A stretch of 58,195 nt of DNA from Oligoflexia bacterium (lineage in GTDB: Bacteria; Bdellovibrionota; UBA1018): NCBI GenBank assembly GCA_046317855.1, contig JBKCVM010000135.1, forward strand, positions 1-58,195, in the 5' to 3' direction. Both the position numbers and the translations under genes were made by a program. This document shows, piece by piece, positions 9,388 through 19,110 of the stretch (position 1 is its first letter; each line of letters opens with the position of its first letter). The notes beneath the pieces were generated by a model. That model worked only from the letters and a program-made list of their open reading frames with translations, did not search any database and was not told the origin of the DNA.

Positions 9388-10662
9388 TTATAAACTGGCA
9401 GAAGCTTGCGTCATCGCAGGACCAAAATGATGCCGTGCCAGAGCTGCAAGCTCTGCTGCTCGACTTTTCTCACCAATGATTCCAAACTCGCTCCCTAGTT
9501 TTTCTAGAATGCTCAAAGCGTAATCCAAATCTTCATCCGTGTGAGAAGCCATGTAGCTCGTACGAATCAGTGCGCAACCTTCAGGAACAGCAGGCTTAAC
9601 GACGGGAGTAGCAAAAACCCCATTCTCGTAAAGTTTCTGAGTGAAGGCAAAGGCGGTCATATCGTCACCGATCAGCAGCGGAACAATCGGTGTCCTCGAA
9701 TTGAGAATGTTGTAACCCATGGAAGTCAGCTCACTCTGCATTTTGGCTGAATTTCTTCGCAGATTTGCAAGATGTTCAGGCTCTTCTTGCACAATTCGTA
9801 GACACTCCAGCACTGCACCCACGGCGGCAGGAGGCATTGCCGCACTAAACATGAAAGTGCGAGCCTTGTGCTTGATGTAATGAATCACCTCTTCTGACGC
9901 CGCTACATAGCCCCCGAGTGATGCAAACGACTTCGAAAAGGTACCCATCACGATATCAGCTGAACCCACCATATCAAAATGATGCTCGGTTCCCTGGCCT
10001 TGCGGACCAAGCACGCCGAGCGCATGGGCGTCGTCAATGTAGATACGGCAGTCGTACTTTTTGGCAAGCTCAACCACTTCAGGAAGATTGACGATGTCTC
10101 CCGACATCGAAAAAACTCCGTCAGCAACAATGAGCGCCCCTTGGTACTGACCACGCGTCTCACGCAGTAGGCGCTCGAGATCACGCATGTCATTGTGCTT
10201 AAACTTAAGGGTATCCCCTAGTGCCAAGCGAGTGCCCTCAACAATCGAAGCGTGATTTTCGCGATCGGTATAGATGACGTCGCTGCGACCCACCAAGCAG
10301 GAGAGAACCCCTGCGTTTGTCAAAAACCCAGTAGCAAAAACAAGGCAGGCTTCTTTGCCCAGAAATTTTGCGAGCTCATTCTCAAGTTCTTCGTGAGCCG
10401 AGAGGTTACCGTTGAGAAAGCGTGAACCCGTGCACCCCGTGCCGTATTGGTCAATAGCGCGCTTTGCCGCTGCCTGGACCTCAGGATGATGGGTAAGTCC
10501 CAGGTAGTTATTCGAGCCAATCATGACCCGACCACGCCCGTGAGTGACCACGCGCGAACCAGAGGTGGCCTCAATAGGGCGAAAAAAAGGATAAACCCCG
10601 GCTGCCTGAACCCGTTTGGCGTCCTCAAACTGCCGGCACTTTTCAAACAAGTCTCTCGACAT
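9388..10662 (-). CDS. spt: PLP-dependent alpha-oxoamine synthase, probable serine palmitoyltransferase
   Basis: YPFFRPI, GSNNYLGL, GTGCTGSRFLNG, DRENHASI, DGVFSMSG, DDAH, GTFSKS (PLP lysine); adjacent to a bCerS-like gene. Confidence 0.75.
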   Translation of the reverse strand: MSRDLFEKCRQFEDAKRVQAAGVYPFFRPIEATSGSRVVTHGRGRVMIGSNNYLGLTHHPEVQAAAKRAIDQYGTGCTGSRFLNGNLSAHEELENELAKFLGKEACLVFATGFLTNAGVLSCLVGRSDVIYTDRENHASIVEGTRLALGDTLKFKHNDMRDLERLLRETRGQYQGALIVADGVFSMSGDIVNLPEVVELAKKYDCRIYIDDAHALGVLGPQGQGTEHHFDMVGSADIVMGTFSKSFASLGGYVAASEEVIHYIKHKARTFMFSAAMPPAAVGAVLECLRIVQEEPEHLANLRRNSAKMQSELTSMGYNILNSRTPIVPLLIGDDMTAFAFTQKLYENGVFATPVVKPAVPEGCALIRTSYMASHTDEDLDYALSILEKLGSEFGIIGEKSRAAELAALARHHFGPAMTQASASL

Positions 10663-10827
10663 TCTGCCTCCGTAAAGACTCCGTAAAAGGCTCTTTTAGC
10701 CCCATCGGATAACACGAGTCGTCAAAGCCAGACGTCGGCTACCATTCCCGAATCGCAAGGTCAACAAACCGAATTGAAGTCAAATTAATCCTTTTAAAAC
10801 AATTACTTATTAAGTTTCGCCAATCCA

Positions 10828-10856
10828 GTGACGCCTGTAAATTTTTCCGGTACACT
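10828..10856 (+). promoter_or_regulatory. Candidate sigma70 promoter
   Basis: GTGACG-N17-TACACT, followed 7 nt later by GTG at 10864. Confidence 0.4.
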
Positions 10857-10932
10857 CTGATGAGTGAGTAGCAATTTACGCACCCTGGGCGCAGTGGGGC
10901 GTGGATCCAGCTACCCCGAGGTTTGAACCCGA

Positions 10933-11325
10933 GTGCTTCGTCAGCTGAGATCGTCTTTTTTGCCTCAGCAAGTTGCAGGCGTCTCTCCCTCTAACAAGAG
11001 CGAGATGGGCGGTGAGTCGTCTCACCGTGAGGCACCTCCAGAATCTCTCCAGAATACTCAGCCAGACGCCTCTAGCAAAAATACTGAGGCTGCTCACACC
11101 CCAAGCAAAACTCCAGTTCCTACAGGACGACCCAAAAACCGACCTGGACTCAAAACCCAGGGCAGCCCCTCCCTCGCACTCTCCTGGGATGAGCTCGAAA
11201 AGAAAGCCCGTCAGAACCAAATTACTTCCAAGCCGGCAGCGGTCGAGAAGTACCGAAAAGCTCGCAACAACGGAGCTAAAGATAGACGTTTCAAAAAAGG
11301 CAGCGTCATCGATGATGCTGGCTGA
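10933..11325 (+). CDS. Hypothetical low-complexity protein (start uncertain)
   Basis: Fills the gap between spt and the convergent response regulator; disordered P/S/K-rich sequence ending RFKKGSVIDDAG. Confidence 0.45.
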   Translation: MLRQLRSSFLPQQVAGVSPSNKSEMGGESSHREAPPESLQNTQPDASSKNTEAAHTPSKTPVPTGRPKNRPGLKTQGSPSLALSWDELEKKARQNQITSKPAAVEKYRKARNNGAKDRRFKKGSVIDDAG

Positions 11326-11334
11326 TGACGCCGA

Positions 11335-12009
11335 CTAGCGCTGCTTGAGGCGATAGCCACTTCCGTGAATCGACTCAAACTCATGATCAAACCCAGTTAT
11401 TTTTTTTCTTAAATTGGCAACATGAGTGTCCACTGTGCGGTGGGTCACCACAGTATCTGGCCAGAGAGACCCCAACAGCTCTTTACGCTGAACGACTTTT
11501 CCCACTCGAGCCATGAAGTACTGCAGCAAGTCAGCCTCGAGTGCCGTGAGTTTCACCTCTCGACCATCGATCTGCACCTCACGCGTTGCGGGGTTCAACT
11601 TGAGATTTCCAATCTCCCAAACCGCTTTGGATTCTTCTTGCACCCTGAGGCCCCTCAGCCTGGCCTCTACGCGTGCAATGAGCTCCTCAGGATGAAAGGG
11701 TTTGCAAATATAGTCGTCGGCTCCAAGATCTAAGCCTTTGACGCGCTCTGAGAGTCCAGAATGAGCCGTGAGCATGATGATGGGAATGCTCCGAGTGGAG
11801 GGATTTGCCTTCAGTCGCTCACAGACTTCGGTGCCTTTAAGCTCAGGCATAGTGATATCCAACAAAATCAAATCCGGGAGCAGCTCCACAGCCTTTTGGA
11901 GGGCTACTCGTCCATTTTCAGCTTCAATGACTTCAAATTTTGAACTCAAAAGCCCAACGAGCACTTCACGCAGATCCCGCTCGTCATCAGCAAGGAGGAT
12001 GCGCCTCAT
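11335..12009 (-). CDS. OmpR/PhoB-family response regulator (no kinase nearby)
   Basis: ILLADD, LLDITMP, MLTA, GADDYICKPF, winged-helix RTVDTHVANLRKK, GSGYRL; ATGA overlap with hinT puts the start at 12009. Confidence 0.93.
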   Translation of the reverse strand: MRRILLADDERDLREVLVGLLSSKFEVIEAENGRVALQKAVELLPDLILLDITMPELKGTEVCERLKANPSTRSIPIIMLTAHSGLSERVKGLDLGADDYICKPFHPEELIARVEARLRGLRVQEESKAVWEIGNLKLNPATREVQIDGREVKLTALEADLLQYFMARVGKVVQRKELLGSLWPDTVVTHRTVDTHVANLRKKITGFDHEFESIHGSGYRLKQR

Positions 12010-12362
12010 GCAAATCCTCCCTTCAAAGGTTGACCACCCAGAACGTGCAAGTGGAGGTGATCTACGGTCTGACCACCCCACTCGCGTGTATTGATGACAG
12101 TCCGATAACCTCGCTCGGATAAACCTTCTTGTTCGGCTACCCGAATTGCTGTGCTCAGGAGCCCAGAAAGAAGAGCATGACCTTCTGAATCCTGCGTTAC
12201 GTCTGTAAGACCGCCCACATGTTTTTTGGGAATCACCAGCAGATGAACTTTGGCCTGGGGTTGAATGTCTCTAATCACAATGAATTGCTGGCTTTCAAAC
12301 AGGCGAGGAGAAGAAATCGATCCGGCAACAATTTTACAAAAAACGCAGCTCAAAGTGCTCAT
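12006..12362 (-). CDS. hinT: Histidine triad nucleotide-binding protein
   Basis: CVFCKI, DIQPQAKVHLLVIPKKH, GQTVDHLHLHVLGG. Confidence 0.93.
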   Translation of the reverse strand: MSTLSCVFCKIVAGSISSPRLFESQQFIVIRDIQPQAKVHLLVIPKKHVGGLTDVTQDSEGHALLSGLLSTAIRVAEQEGLSERGYRTVINTREWGGQTVDHLHLHVLGGQPLKGGFA

Positions 12363-13618
12363 TCGGAAACTCTTCTCACCTCAGCCCCGAGACGGGTCAA
12401 CTTGTCTTCCATTCGTTCATAGCCGCGATCCAAATGATAAATTCGACTTACAGTTGTTTCTCCTTTGGCTGCAAGCCCGGCTATGATCAAGCTCGCACTG
12501 GCGCGCAAGTCAGTGGCCATCACGGGCGCTCCCTTGAGTGTGGATTTGCCTTTAATGAATGCGCTCTTTCCTTTGACCGTGATGTCGGCACCTAATCGAG
12601 CAAGTTCTGGTACATGCATGAAGCGGTTCTCAAAGACTGTCTCAGTAACGACAGAAGCACCGTCAGCCAGACACATGACCGCCATGAATTGGGCCTGCAT
12701 ATCGGTGGGAAAACCCGGATGCGGAAGGGTCGTCACATCTGTGGCCCGCGGCCTACCCCCTGCCTTGATCTCAACAAAATCGGCACCGCGCCCTACGTGC
12801 GCACCTGCCTCCTCAAATTTCACCAAAACGGGCTCGAGAAATTCGGCGTTGATTCCATGGATGCGCACATCCCCTCGAGTAGCCATGGCAGCGGCCAGAA
12901 AAGTTCCGGCTTCAATCCGATCGCCTATCACTCGGTGGGTACATCCTGAGAGCGTATCCTTTCCTTGGATACGAATTTTTTCAGTCCCCTCGCCTTCGAT
13001 CTCGGCCCCCATGGCCCGAAGCGCCCGGGCAAGATCCACGATCTCCGGTTCTTTGGCGCAGTTCTCCAGCAGGCTCTCGCCCTTGGCTAGCACTGCTGCC
13101 ATCAAGATGTTCTCGGTAGCGCCTACGCTGGGATATTCAAAAGCTACGCGATTGCCAACGAGCCGCTTGGCCTCAGCAATCACGTAGCCTTCTTCGAGCG
13201 TGATTTTGGCGCCCAGCTTTTCAAGGCCGGTCAGATGAAAATTGATAGGGCGTGCACCGATGGCACACCCGCCAGGAAGACTTACTTTAGCCTTTCCGAA
13301 GCGAGAAACGAGAGGCCCCAGCACAAAAACTGAGGCACGCATGGTCTTCACCAACTCATAAGGGGCTTCAAACTTGTTGATCCCACGCGGATCTAGAACG
13401 GCACGATTGGACTTGCGGTCAAACTCGACCGTCATCCCAAGATTGCTTAAAATTTTATTGAGGGTGCGAATGTCCATGAGATCAGGAATGCGCTCGAAGG
13501 TAACCGGTGCACCCGCCACAATCGCTGAAACAAGAATCGGAAGAGCTGCGTTCTTTGCCCCGCCTACTTCGATCTCTCCTTGCAGGGCCTTGCCGCCCTG
13601 GATCTTCATCGCATCCAT
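12359..13618 (-). CDS. murA: UDP-N-acetylglucosamine 1-carboxyvinyltransferase
   Basis: GAKNAALP, MRAS, LPGGCAIGARP (catalytic Cys), PGFPTDMQ, FENRF, DLRA, HLDRGYE. Confidence 0.98.
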   Translation of the reverse strand: MDAMKIQGGKALQGEIEVGGAKNAALPILVSAIVAGAPVTFERIPDLMDIRTLNKILSNLGMTVEFDRKSNRAVLDPRGINKFEAPYELVKTMRASVFVLGPLVSRFGKAKVSLPGGCAIGARPINFHLTGLEKLGAKITLEEGYVIAEAKRLVGNRVAFEYPSVGATENILMAAVLAKGESLLENCAKEPEIVDLARALRAMGAEIEGEGTEKIRIQGKDTLSGCTHRVIGDRIEAGTFLAAAMATRGDVRIHGINAEFLEPVLVKFEEAGAHVGRGADFVEIKAGGRPRATDVTTLPHPGFPTDMQAQFMAVMCLADGASVVTETVFENRFMHVPELARLGADITVKGKSAFIKGKSTLKGAPVMATDLRASASLIIAGLAAKGETTVSRIYHLDRGYERMEDKLTRLGAEVRRVSE

Positions 13619-13641
13619 TTCAAAACGTCCATTTCAAACCC

Positions 13642-14577
13642 CTAACTCTTCAGGTGCCAAGTGGCAGCAAGCACACGGTCCCTTCCGGAAAGGTCACGAA
13701 TCAGGCCAACGTCCGTAAACTTTCCGCTCGAGGTCTCGTCAAAAAATCCGCTGAACAGCCCCACGATTTCTGCCGCCCGCTCGTGGGGAACCTCTAACCA
13801 CACTTTTCCCCCGTTCTTGAGCACCTTACCCGCACCCTGGGCGATTTCCCGATAAAAATAGAGCAGGTCTCCCTCAGGTGCAAAAAGCGCCGACTCAGGT
13901 TCAAAACGCATCACTTCGGGCTCAACCTCACGCAAGTCCCGCCCCAAATAGGGCGGATTGGAGACTAAAAAATCAAACTCGCCCCCAAAAAGCAGCGGCC
14001 CACAGACCTGGCCCGGTTTAGCCTCAACAAGCTCGAGGCGAGCCTTCACCCCAGCCTTTTCCGCATTTCTTTGCGCTACTGCGTGGGCTTCAAGCTCAAG
14101 CTCCGAGCCGATCATCTCTCGAATTCGAGGCTCTTCAACGAGCAGAGTGACTGAAATCGCACCGGAGCCCACACCGATTTCAGCACCTCGAAGCGGTCCT
14201 GAGCCCATCCCCCTCAATTCCGCTAGCGCCTCAAAAACCAGGACCTCAGTCTCGGGGCGGGGCACAAGCACTTCGGGCCCCACTTCAAAACTCCGACCAA
14301 AAAACCATGCTTGACGCGTCAAATGCTGAACAGGAATGCGTTCCAACACCCGCTGCTGCACCCAACCCTCCGCCCGCTTAAGCCACTGTCCCTCGGGAGT
14401 GGCAACGAGCCCCGCGAGAACCTCTCGCCCGAGCCGGGGACGATCCTTAAACTCTGCAGAATAGGCCGCCTCAAGGAGTAGCTCCAGCTCATGTCTGGGC
14501 AAGGATTTTTCGTGAGTCCTGAAAAAGTCCAGGATCCTGGGCCCATTTGCCCCGCCTTTAGCTTCACCTTTAACCAT
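13642..14577 (-). CDS. prmC: Peptide chain release factor N5-glutamine methyltransferase
   Basis: VLVPRPETE, EIGVGSGAI, VSNPPY, EPESALF; directly after prfA. Confidence 0.93.
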   Translation of the reverse strand: MVKGEAKGGANGPRILDFFRTHEKSLPRHELELLLEAAYSAEFKDRPRLGREVLAGLVATPEGQWLKRAEGWVQQRVLERIPVQHLTRQAWFFGRSFEVGPEVLVPRPETEVLVFEALAELRGMGSGPLRGAEIGVGSGAISVTLLVEEPRIREMIGSELELEAHAVAQRNAEKAGVKARLELVEAKPGQVCGPLLFGGEFDFLVSNPPYLGRDLREVEPEVMRFEPESALFAPEGDLLYFYREIAQGAGKVLKNGGKVWLEVPHERAAEIVGLFSGFFDETSSGKFTDVGLIRDLSGRDRVLAATWHLKS

Positions 14578-15652
14578 GACTCAAGCCCTGCTCCTTGAGT
14601 GCCTCCATCTGATAGTGCGCCTGCAACCCATTCAAGATCTCGTCAATCTTGCCTTCCATCACTTCTGGAAGTTGATAGAGCGTGAGCCCGATTCGATGAT
14701 CTGTGAGCCGGCCCTGCGGAAAATTATAGGTCCTGATGCGTTCACTGCGATCGCCAGTACCGACCATGCTCTTGCGCTGAGCGGAGTGCTCTTTTGCAGC
14801 CTTCTCTTGCTCCTGTTCTAGCAAGCGCGAACGAAGAATCCGCATGGCCTTATCCTTATTTTTAAGCTGGGACCGCTCGTCTTGGCAGACCACCACAAGC
14901 CCAGAGGGAAGATGCGTAATGCGCACTGCCGAGTCGGTCGTATTGACGCCCTGGCCCCCCGCACCTCCGGAACGAAAGACATCGATTCGGAGATCTTGCG
15001 GGTTAATGGAGACATCCACTTCTTCGGCCTCTGGAAGCACAGCCACGGTGACTGTTGAAGTATGAATACGACCTTGCGCCTCGGTAGCCGGTACCCGCTG
15101 AACCCGATGCACGCCACCCTCCCACTTGAGACGCGAGAAAACCTTGTGACCGGTAACCAACGCAATGATCTCTTTAAACCCGCCAATTCCGGTGGGGCTT
15201 GCCGACATGACTTCAACCCGCCATCCCTGTCGTTCGCAGTAGCGTTGATAGAGCCTAAAAAGCTCCCCAACAAAAAGCCCCGCCTCGTCACCCCCAGCGC
15301 CGGCCCGAATTTCAAAAAGAATGTTCTTTTCGTCGTTGGGATCCTTAGGAAGGAGCAAAACCTGAAGCCTTTTTTGGCTTTCTTCGAGCGCGGGCTCAAG
15401 AGCTCTCAGCTCTTCTTTTGCCAAATCCGAAAGCTCGACGTCTTTTCCGCCGACGAGCTCTTTATTGGATGCGATATCGGACTGCAGCTTCTTGAAACTG
15501 CGGAACTCCGCAATCAGATCCTGAAGCGAAGCATGCTCTTGCGAGAGCTTACGAAATTCAGCTGGCTTATCAGCCAGATCGGGATCACCCAGCTTGGATT
15601 CGATTTCGAGAAAACGACTCTCTACACTCTTGAGTTTATCGAGGATCTGCAT
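14570..15652 (-). CDS. prfA: Peptide chain release factor 1
   Basis: EIRAGAGGDEA, HRVQRVPATE (PxT), GAGGQGVN, RIRTYNFPQ. Confidence 0.98.
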   Translation of the reverse strand: MQILDKLKSVESRFLEIESKLGDPDLADKPAEFRKLSQEHASLQDLIAEFRSFKKLQSDIASNKELVGGKDVELSDLAKEELRALEPALEESQKRLQVLLLPKDPNDEKNILFEIRAGAGGDEAGLFVGELFRLYQRYCERQGWRVEVMSASPTGIGGFKEIIALVTGHKVFSRLKWEGGVHRVQRVPATEAQGRIHTSTVTVAVLPEAEEVDVSINPQDLRIDVFRSGGAGGQGVNTTDSAVRITHLPSGLVVVCQDERSQLKNKDKAMRILRSRLLEQEQEKAAKEHSAQRKSMVGTGDRSERIRTYNFPQGRLTDHRIGLTLYQLPEVMEGKIDEILNGLQAHYQMEALKEQGLSHG

Positions 15653-15730
15653 GAGGACCCCTGAACATGCGAAGCCCCGGAAACTCTTTTAAGAGTCACC
15701 AGGGCCTCGAAAAAACCAAAAAAGAAAAAG

Positions 15731-15931
15731 CTACTTCTTCTTGTACTTGTTCAAGAAACGCTCCACACGGCCTTCGGTATCCATGAGCTTAAATTTGCCC
15801 GTATACATCGGATGGCACTGGGAGCAGATTTCGACCTTGATGTTCTCTTTGGTGGCGCGGGTTTCAATTACGGCGCCGCAAGCACAGGTCACGGTCGTTT
15901 CAATATAATGCGGATGAATTGCCTGTTTCAT
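15731..15931 (-). CDS. rpmE: 50S ribosomal protein L31 (Zn-binding type)
   Basis: IHPHY, CACG, CSQCHPMYTG, GRVERF. Confidence 0.97.
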   Translation of the reverse strand: MKQAIHPHYIETTVTCACGAVIETRATKENIKVEICSQCHPMYTGKFKLMDTEGRVERFLNKYKKK

Positions 15932-16010
15932 AAGGGTCCCTCAGTTAGCAAAATTCAGCGCTTGGGTCAATCTTGTGATTCTGATCGGCTGGGGCTTTTT
16001 AGGGGAGATC

Positions 16011-17258
16011 TTAGCCGCTCATCCCCTTGATGAATTCTTCGTTGGTCTTGGTGTGAGATACCTTGTCCAACAAGAACTCCATCGCATCCAAGGTGTTCAT
16101 CGGGTGAAGCACCTTACGGAGGATCCAGAGCCGGTTGAGGACCTCCTTGGGAAGAAGCATTTCTTCCTTTCGGGTCGCGGACTTATTGATGTCCAGACAT
16201 GGAAAGATGCGCTTCTCCATGAGCTTGCGATCGAGATGAATTTCGGAATTACCTGTTCCCTTAAACTCTTCGAAAATCACTTCGTCCATTCGGGAGCCCG
16301 TTTCAACGAGCGCCGTTGCAATAATGGTCAATGAGCCGCCCTCTTCCACATTTCGGGCTGCGCCAAAGAAGCGCTTGGGTTTATGAAGTGCATTGGAGTC
16401 CACACCGCCTGACAGAATCTTGCCCGAGGGTGGAACAACCGAGTTATAGGCTCGCGCCAGGCGGGTGATCGAATCCAGCAGGATGACGACATCGTGCTTG
16501 TTTTCTACCAGGCGCTTGGCTTTCTCGAGCACCATTTCAGCGACCTGAACATGCCGGGAGGCCTGCTCATCAAAGGTCGAACTTACCACTTCGCCTTTTA
16601 CCGAGCGCTGCATATCAGTCACTTCTTCGGGCCGTTCGTCAATCAGCAGCACAATGAGCTTAATCTCAGGGTGATTGTGCGTGATCGCATTCGCGATTTC
16701 CTGCATGAGAACCGTCTTACCTGCACGAGGTGGGGCTACCACCAGGCAGCGCTGACCCTTACCCAGCGGAACCATCATGTCGATGATTCGCGTGCTAAAC
16801 TGGGTGGGCTGATGCTCCAGATTGATGCGCTTGTTGGGATAGAGCGGGGTCAGGTTGTCAAAAAGAGTCTTTTCGGAGTTGGTCTCCGGGGCCTGGAAAT
16901 TGACTTGCTCCACCTTGAGCATCGCAAAGTAGCGCTCGCCCTCTTTGGGTGCGCGAACAGAACCGCTCACCGTATCGCCGGTGCGGAGCCCAAAACGACG
17001 GATCTGCGATGGTGACACATAGACATCATCTGGACCCGGTAGGTAGTTGTAGTCAGGAGCGCGAAGAAACCCGAAGCCGTCTGGCAGACACTCAAGCACG
17101 CCATCGGCATAAATGTGTTCGTCTTTTTCAGCCTTCTTTTGAAGGACCGAGAAGATCAGATCTTGTTTTCGGAGTCCCCCGGCATTTTCAATACCGAGCT
17201 CCTTACCCAGTTCAACGAGTTCGCCGATTTTCTTCTCTTTGAGTTCTCTCAGATGCAT
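16011..17258 (-). CDS. rho: Transcription termination factor Rho
   Basis: [46 protein letters not shown]; start at MHLRELK gives a canonical 415 aa protein. Confidence 0.98.
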   Translation of the reverse strand: MHLRELKEKKIGELVELGKELGIENAGGLRKQDLIFSVLQKKAEKDEHIYADGVLECLPDGFGFLRAPDYNYLPGPDDVYVSPSQIRRFGLRTGDTVSGSVRAPKEGERYFAMLKVEQVNFQAPETNSEKTLFDNLTPLYPNKRINLEHQPTQFSTRIIDMMVPLGKGQRCLVVAPPRAGKTVLMQEIANAITHNHPEIKLIVLLIDERPEEVTDMQRSVKGEVVSSTFDEQASRHVQVAEMVLEKAKRLVENKHDVVILLDSITRLARAYNSVVPPSGKILSGGVDSNALHKPKRFFGAARNVEEGGSLTIIATALVETGSRMDEVIFEEFKGTGNSEIHLDRKLMEKRIFPCLDINKSATRKEEMLLPKEVLNRLWILRKVLHPMNTLDAMEFLLDKVSHTKTNEEFIKGMSG

Positions 17259-17418
17259 GGATTTTTCTCGAAAGGGTGGACCGAACAGAGCTGTCCGGAA
17301 TACAGTTTGACGTTTTTTTGGCGCTAAATTTGCCGTTTGGAAGGCCGGCGACGGCCGGCTTTCCTTCGGGTAGCAAAGGCATTTGCCCCCGTAAAGAAAA
17401 AAAGAGAACCTAAACCCT

Positions 17419-18504
17419 ATGCGCTCAGCACTTCGTTGGATTTTTGGAGGCATTCCCCTGGTTCTGGTGGGAGCGGCTGGGATCTGGGGTCTGCCCCTGG
17501 CCCTTTTTGCTTTGCGGCCGGTTGGACCGCCAGGAGTTCAGCCTACCGAAGCCTACATTTTAGTCACTCGTGGCGCGACCCCAAGCGCAGTCCTGCAAGA
17601 GATTGAAAAATCAGGCTTTGAAATCGACCGCACGCTCATGCATCGCCTGGGTCGACTGCAAAGAACCTGGCAAAACCTCAAGACAGGGGAATATAAAATC
17701 TCTTCAAGCCAGACCCCTTGGCAAATCCTCAAGACCCTCACGTCTGGGATCAGCGTGACTCGCTCGCTGACGATCCGAGAAGGCGAGAACATGTACGAAA
17801 TCGCCGCTCGAATGGAACAGGCCGGACTGGCGCCTAAAACCCGAGTGCTGGAGCTCTGCCGCAATCCAGCCTTCATTCAGAAGCAGTTTAGCCGCTCCAG
17901 CTTTGCCCCCCCTACCCTGGAGGGTTTTCTGTTTCCAGATACTTATTCGTTTAACCGTCTCCAAACCCCTGAGGAAATGCTCGAGCAGATGCTTAAGCGC
18001 TATCGGCAGGTTTGGGGTGAGATTCAAAAAAAGCCTCGGCTGGTTCAAACGCTGACCGAGTTTCAAGTGATTACTCTTGCCTCAATCATTGAAAAAGAAA
18101 CAGGCGCACCAGAAGAGCGCCCCCTCATCAGCTCAGTGTTTCACAACCGACTTAAAAAGAAGATGCGGCTGCAAAGCGATCCAACCACGATCTACGGAAT
18201 TTGGGATCGCTACGATGGCAACATCAGACGCAGCGACCTGACCACCGCTACTCCTTATAATACTTATACGGTGGCGGCCCTTCCGGCAGGCCCTATCTCA
18301 AACCCGGGCTCCTTAGCTATCGAGGCTGCGCTCAATCCCTCTGTGAGCGACTACCTGTACTTCGTCTCAAGAAACGATGGACGACACGTGTTCACACGCA
18401 CGTATCATGAACACAAAATGGCAGTCGGAGATTTTCAGCTCAATAAAACTGCTCGTGAAGGAAAAAGCTGGAGAGACCTCAGGCGGACCTCTCAACAAAA
18501 CTGA
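17419..18504 (+). CDS. mltG: Endolytic transglycosylase MltG
   Basis: N-terminal TM; [46 protein letters not shown]. Confidence 0.96.
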   Translation: MRSALRWIFGGIPLVLVGAAGIWGLPLALFALRPVGPPGVQPTEAYILVTRGATPSAVLQEIEKSGFEIDRTLMHRLGRLQRTWQNLKTGEYKISSSQTPWQILKTLTSGISVTRSLTIREGENMYEIAARMEQAGLAPKTRVLELCRNPAFIQKQFSRSSFAPPTLEGFLFPDTYSFNRLQTPEEMLEQMLKRYRQVWGEIQKKPRLVQTLTEFQVITLASIIEKETGAPEERPLISSVFHNRLKKKMRLQSDPTTIYGIWDRYDGNIRRSDLTTATPYNTYTVAALPAGPISNPGSLAIEAALNPSVSDYLYFVSRNDGRHVFTRTYHEHKMAVGDFQLNKTAREGKSWRDLRRTSQQN

Positions 18505-19027
18505 AGGTTGGATTGAGCCAAGAGTGCTCCCAACCCAAGAGACTTTGCTTGAAACGAAGCTCTGGAGCCTCCGGATCCACTGTTCCCATGAACCCCCCCA
18601 TGTCACCCGCAGAGACCACCCGATGACAAGGAACAAAGATCAAATGGGGATTTCGACGAAGCGCCTGGCCCACAGCGCGCCCCGCCCCCGGTTGCTTCAG
18701 GCGATTGGCAACCCAAGCATAAGTTCGGGTCTCCCCATGTGGAATTGAAATCACAGCGCGATACACTCGTGATTGAAACTCGCTCCAATGACTGGTTTCT
18801 AACGCCTCCCGCACGATCCACTCGGGATCCATGGGCTCACCCGTCTTAAAGTATCGATGCACTTCTTGCACGAGGCGGTTCACCGTACAGACCCCAGAGG
18901 GGATCTGCGGAGCCTCGTCCAGCATTTTAGCAAAGACAGGAATCCAGTCGATACGAGTAAGCTTGCCCGCAGAGTTGCAGGTCAACGCAAGGGTTCCAAC
19001 AGGCGTCGTGAGGTGCAGATGATGCAT
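18479..19027 (-). CDS. ogt: Methylated-DNA--protein-cysteine methyltransferase
   Basis: FQSRVY, IPHGETRTY, RAVGQAL..NP and PCHRVV active site. Confidence 0.93.
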   Translation of the reverse strand: MHHLHLTTPVGTLALTCNSAGKLTRIDWIPVFAKMLDEAPQIPSGVCTVNRLVQEVHRYFKTGEPMDPEWIVREALETSHWSEFQSRVYRAVISIPHGETRTYAWVANRLKQPGAGRAVGQALRRNPHLIFVPCHRVVSAGDMGGFMGTVDPEAPELRFKQSLLGWEHSWLNPTFSFVERSA

Positions 19028-19110
19028 GCCGACACAATTTGGATGACATCAAAGTGCTCACAACGCAACTGACAATCGCCAGAGCAAGAACCTCGTTGTA
19101 GTCTGATCTC

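Noticed and set aside
9388-10662. Annotation as BioF or Kbl
   Set aside because: No bio or tdh genes are nearby; the adjacent bCerS-like GNAT and the N-terminal YPFFRPI motif favour SPT, though phylogeny is needed to confirm
15671-15730. Hairpin between rpmE and prfA as a terminator
   Set aside because: On the transcribed (minus) strand the U-rich tract precedes rather than follows the stem, so it is not a canonical intrinsic terminator; it may be a stability element
17259-17453. N-terminal extension of Rho in the ORF track (similar extensions for ruvC, ftsZ, ftsA, dnaX and the response regulator)
   Set aside because: Longest-ORF artefacts; homology and RBS or overlap positions support the downstream starts
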